Assembly (NCBI GenBank): GCA_001938485.1
Contig: MQRK01241884.1
Location: forward strand, 1 to 53,120
Length of the DNA: 53,120 nucleotides
Source: Girardia tigrina
Lineage: Eukaryota
Direction: 5' to 3'
The translations under genes and the position numbers were made by a program. This document shows positions 51,115-53,120 of this stretch, piece after piece. Every line of letters starts with the position of its first letter. Within the stretch, counting starts at the first letter, position 1. The notes beneath the pieces were generated by a model, which worked only from the letters and a program-made list of their open reading frames with translations, was not told where the DNA came from and ran no database searches.

Positions 51115-53088
51115 CAGGGTGACCATAAAGTAACTACCGGGTCTTATACTGCAATAACTTTTGAATTATATTGTATTTCTTTTTAATTGAAGCTTATTCT
51201 TTAAAATTTAAATAAAGTACATTTTGTTTAAATGTATTAATTGTTGTTATTGTTTTAAGCGTAAGATTCAAAATGGATGTAAATCAGTGTGTAAAAATTG
51301 TTATTTTATTTGCGAAGCACGAGTCAGTGACTTTAGTAAGAAGAGAACTTCAACGACTTAAATGGAAAAATATTCCAACCGAAAAAATGTATTAGAAGCA
51401 TCTTCAAAAAGTTTGAAGAGGCAGGAAGCATTCTAAATGTCCAAAAATCTGAAAGACCACCTGTAAGTAACGTTTATGCCACTTTCATTATTATCCAATT
51501 CAGAAGTTATAATTTATCACCACAAAATTTATTAATATCACAACTCCCAATTTTCAAACAAATTTTCGTTAATTAAACTTCTCGACTCGTCTCATAAATT
51601 TTATTTTACTTTCAATGTGTAAAAAAAACATAATTTATTATAACTTATTTTTGACATTTTACTATTTAAAATTTTTATTATTTTTAAAATTATATGACAA
51701 ATAAAATTAATTTATTCCATTAAATAAAATCCAATGAATGTGTATAAACTTTTTCAAAATATTTATTATTAAACACATTTTATTTGTTGAAAATTTTATT
51801 TAAACTAAGTCTTTATTATGCATTTTTTAAAAAATATTCTAAATACAATAAAAATAATTTAACATTTATAAACATCTAATTTTAAAATTAATTTGTAAAA
51901 AAAACTATTTAATTGCTTAAAAACTTTTGTAACAGCTTGATATATAAATTTACGCAAAAACTTTTATTTATTATATTATTTCTTTTAAAATTTTTATTTT
52001 AAAACTTTCAACTGGAATATATCAACTTTAAAATTTTTTTTGATTTTAAACTCTGTTTTTTATTATTTAATTTTTGTAAGATTTTTAAATTAAAAACATT
52101 TAATTATTCAGCCAATCGAAAATTTAAACTAACCCGCATACCACCAATTGATGATGAAAAGAAAAATGAGATAGCAGAACATTTTAAGCAAGAACCCCAG
52201 TATTCTATTAGGAAATCGTTGTCAACTCTGAATTGCTCTTATGGAACTGTTCAAAAAGTATTACGAAACGACTTAAAATGTTCCCCTACAGAATTCAAGC
52301 CACGCAACTTTTGTATGAAGAAGATTGCGCTCTTAGACGTGTTATGTGTGAAACTTTAATTCAATCGATTGATGCAGATGAAAATTTTCTTAGTAACCTG
52401 ATATTCTCTGATGACTCAACTTTCCATCTTAACGGCATTGTAAACAGACATAACTGTCGCATTTGGGGCACTGAAACACCAACCGAAACATATTAGAGGT
52501 CACCGGTTAGTGAAAAAGTTAATGTTTGGATGGGGTTGTCTTCAACTCGTGTTTATGGGCCCTTTCTTATTGATGGAAACATAACAGCGGCGCTTTACCT
52601 GGATATGTTAAAAAGTTGCTTTACGCCATCGTTATCAAGAACATGCAAACGGACAGCTGTGTTGCAGCAAGATGGAGCACATGCCCATTATTCACTGATT
52701 GTGCGACAATTTCTGGATGAAGCGTTTCCACAACGTTGACTGGGACGATTTGGTCCATATGTATGGCCGGCCAGGTCACCTGATGTGACACCACTCGATT
52801 TTTTTGTGTGGGGGTATTTGAAGAATGAAGTGTATAAGAGAAAACCAGAAACAATTCAGCAACTTAAAGATTTTATTTGTCAAGAAGCGGCAAAAATAGA
52901 TGGTGAAATGGTTCAAAATACCATTAAGTCTTTTAATAGACGCCTTAAACATTGTATTGATGCCAATGGTTATTCTGTTGAATATTATTAAATTTTTAAA
53001 AATGCTTTTTTGTTATTTAAAACCATTTTTTCATAATGTTTTGCAAAAAAAGTAATTGCAGTTTAAAACCTGGTAGTTACTTTGTGAT

Positions 53089-53095
<7 letters not shown>
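51115..53095 (+). mobile_element. Tc1/mariner superfamily DD41D (rosa-type) element, inactivated
   Basis: ~45-bp imperfect TIR CAGGGTGACCATAAAGTAACTACC... in a TA run; ATG ~51273; FSDDSTFHLNG.VNRHNCRIWG, QQDGA..H ... WPARSPDVTPLD with 41 residues between the last two Ds; stops and frameshifts. Confidence 0.92.
51462..52140. mobile_element. 679-bp AT-rich TGT...ATA insertion with 5-bp TSD inside the DD41D transposase
   Basis: Perfect TSD CCACC (51457-51461, 52141-52145); removal restores SERPPIDDEKKNEIAEHF. Confidence 0.85.

Positions 53096-53120
<25 letters not shown>

Noticed and set aside
51463-52111. Spliceosomal intron in the DD41D transposase (GTAAGT...TTCAG)
   Set aside because: Splicing at these sites leaves an in-frame TAA; the 5-bp TSD explains the segment better as an insertion.

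Overview
Very AT-rich eukaryotic genomic DNA from a gapped draft assembly. A freshwater planarian or similar invertebrate is my guess from composition, intron size and TE content, not something the sequence proves. One host gene spans most of the window: a + strand MAP-kinase phosphatase of the DUSP10/MKP5/puckered type. It has three visible coding exons (10619-11060 rhodanese/KIM domain, 33068-33235, 50633-50815 start of the DSP domain) separated by introns of about 22 kb and 17 kb; the catalytic exon must lie beyond the window. The rest is mostly decayed and nested transposons: several mariners (two young Mos1-like copies in opposite orientation), a DD41D/rosa element, hAT elements, a pogo/Tigger remnant, three ~550-bp MULE derivatives with 9-bp TSDs, and MITEs. 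Less obvious signals: (1) a dispersed family of short, AT-rich, non-coding T(G/A)T...ACA elements with 5-bp TSDs (solo-LTR-like, ~10 copies); (2) a dead tandem duplicate of the 3' end of DUSP exon 1 with an excess of synonymous changes; (3) a 297-bp insert flanked by a 131-bp target duplication; (4) a GC-rich island that folds on the minus strand with UUCG and GNRA tetraloops; (5) an antisense 18S rRNA fragment with a (TA)n tail just upstream of exon 3. All calls are by eye; no searches were run.
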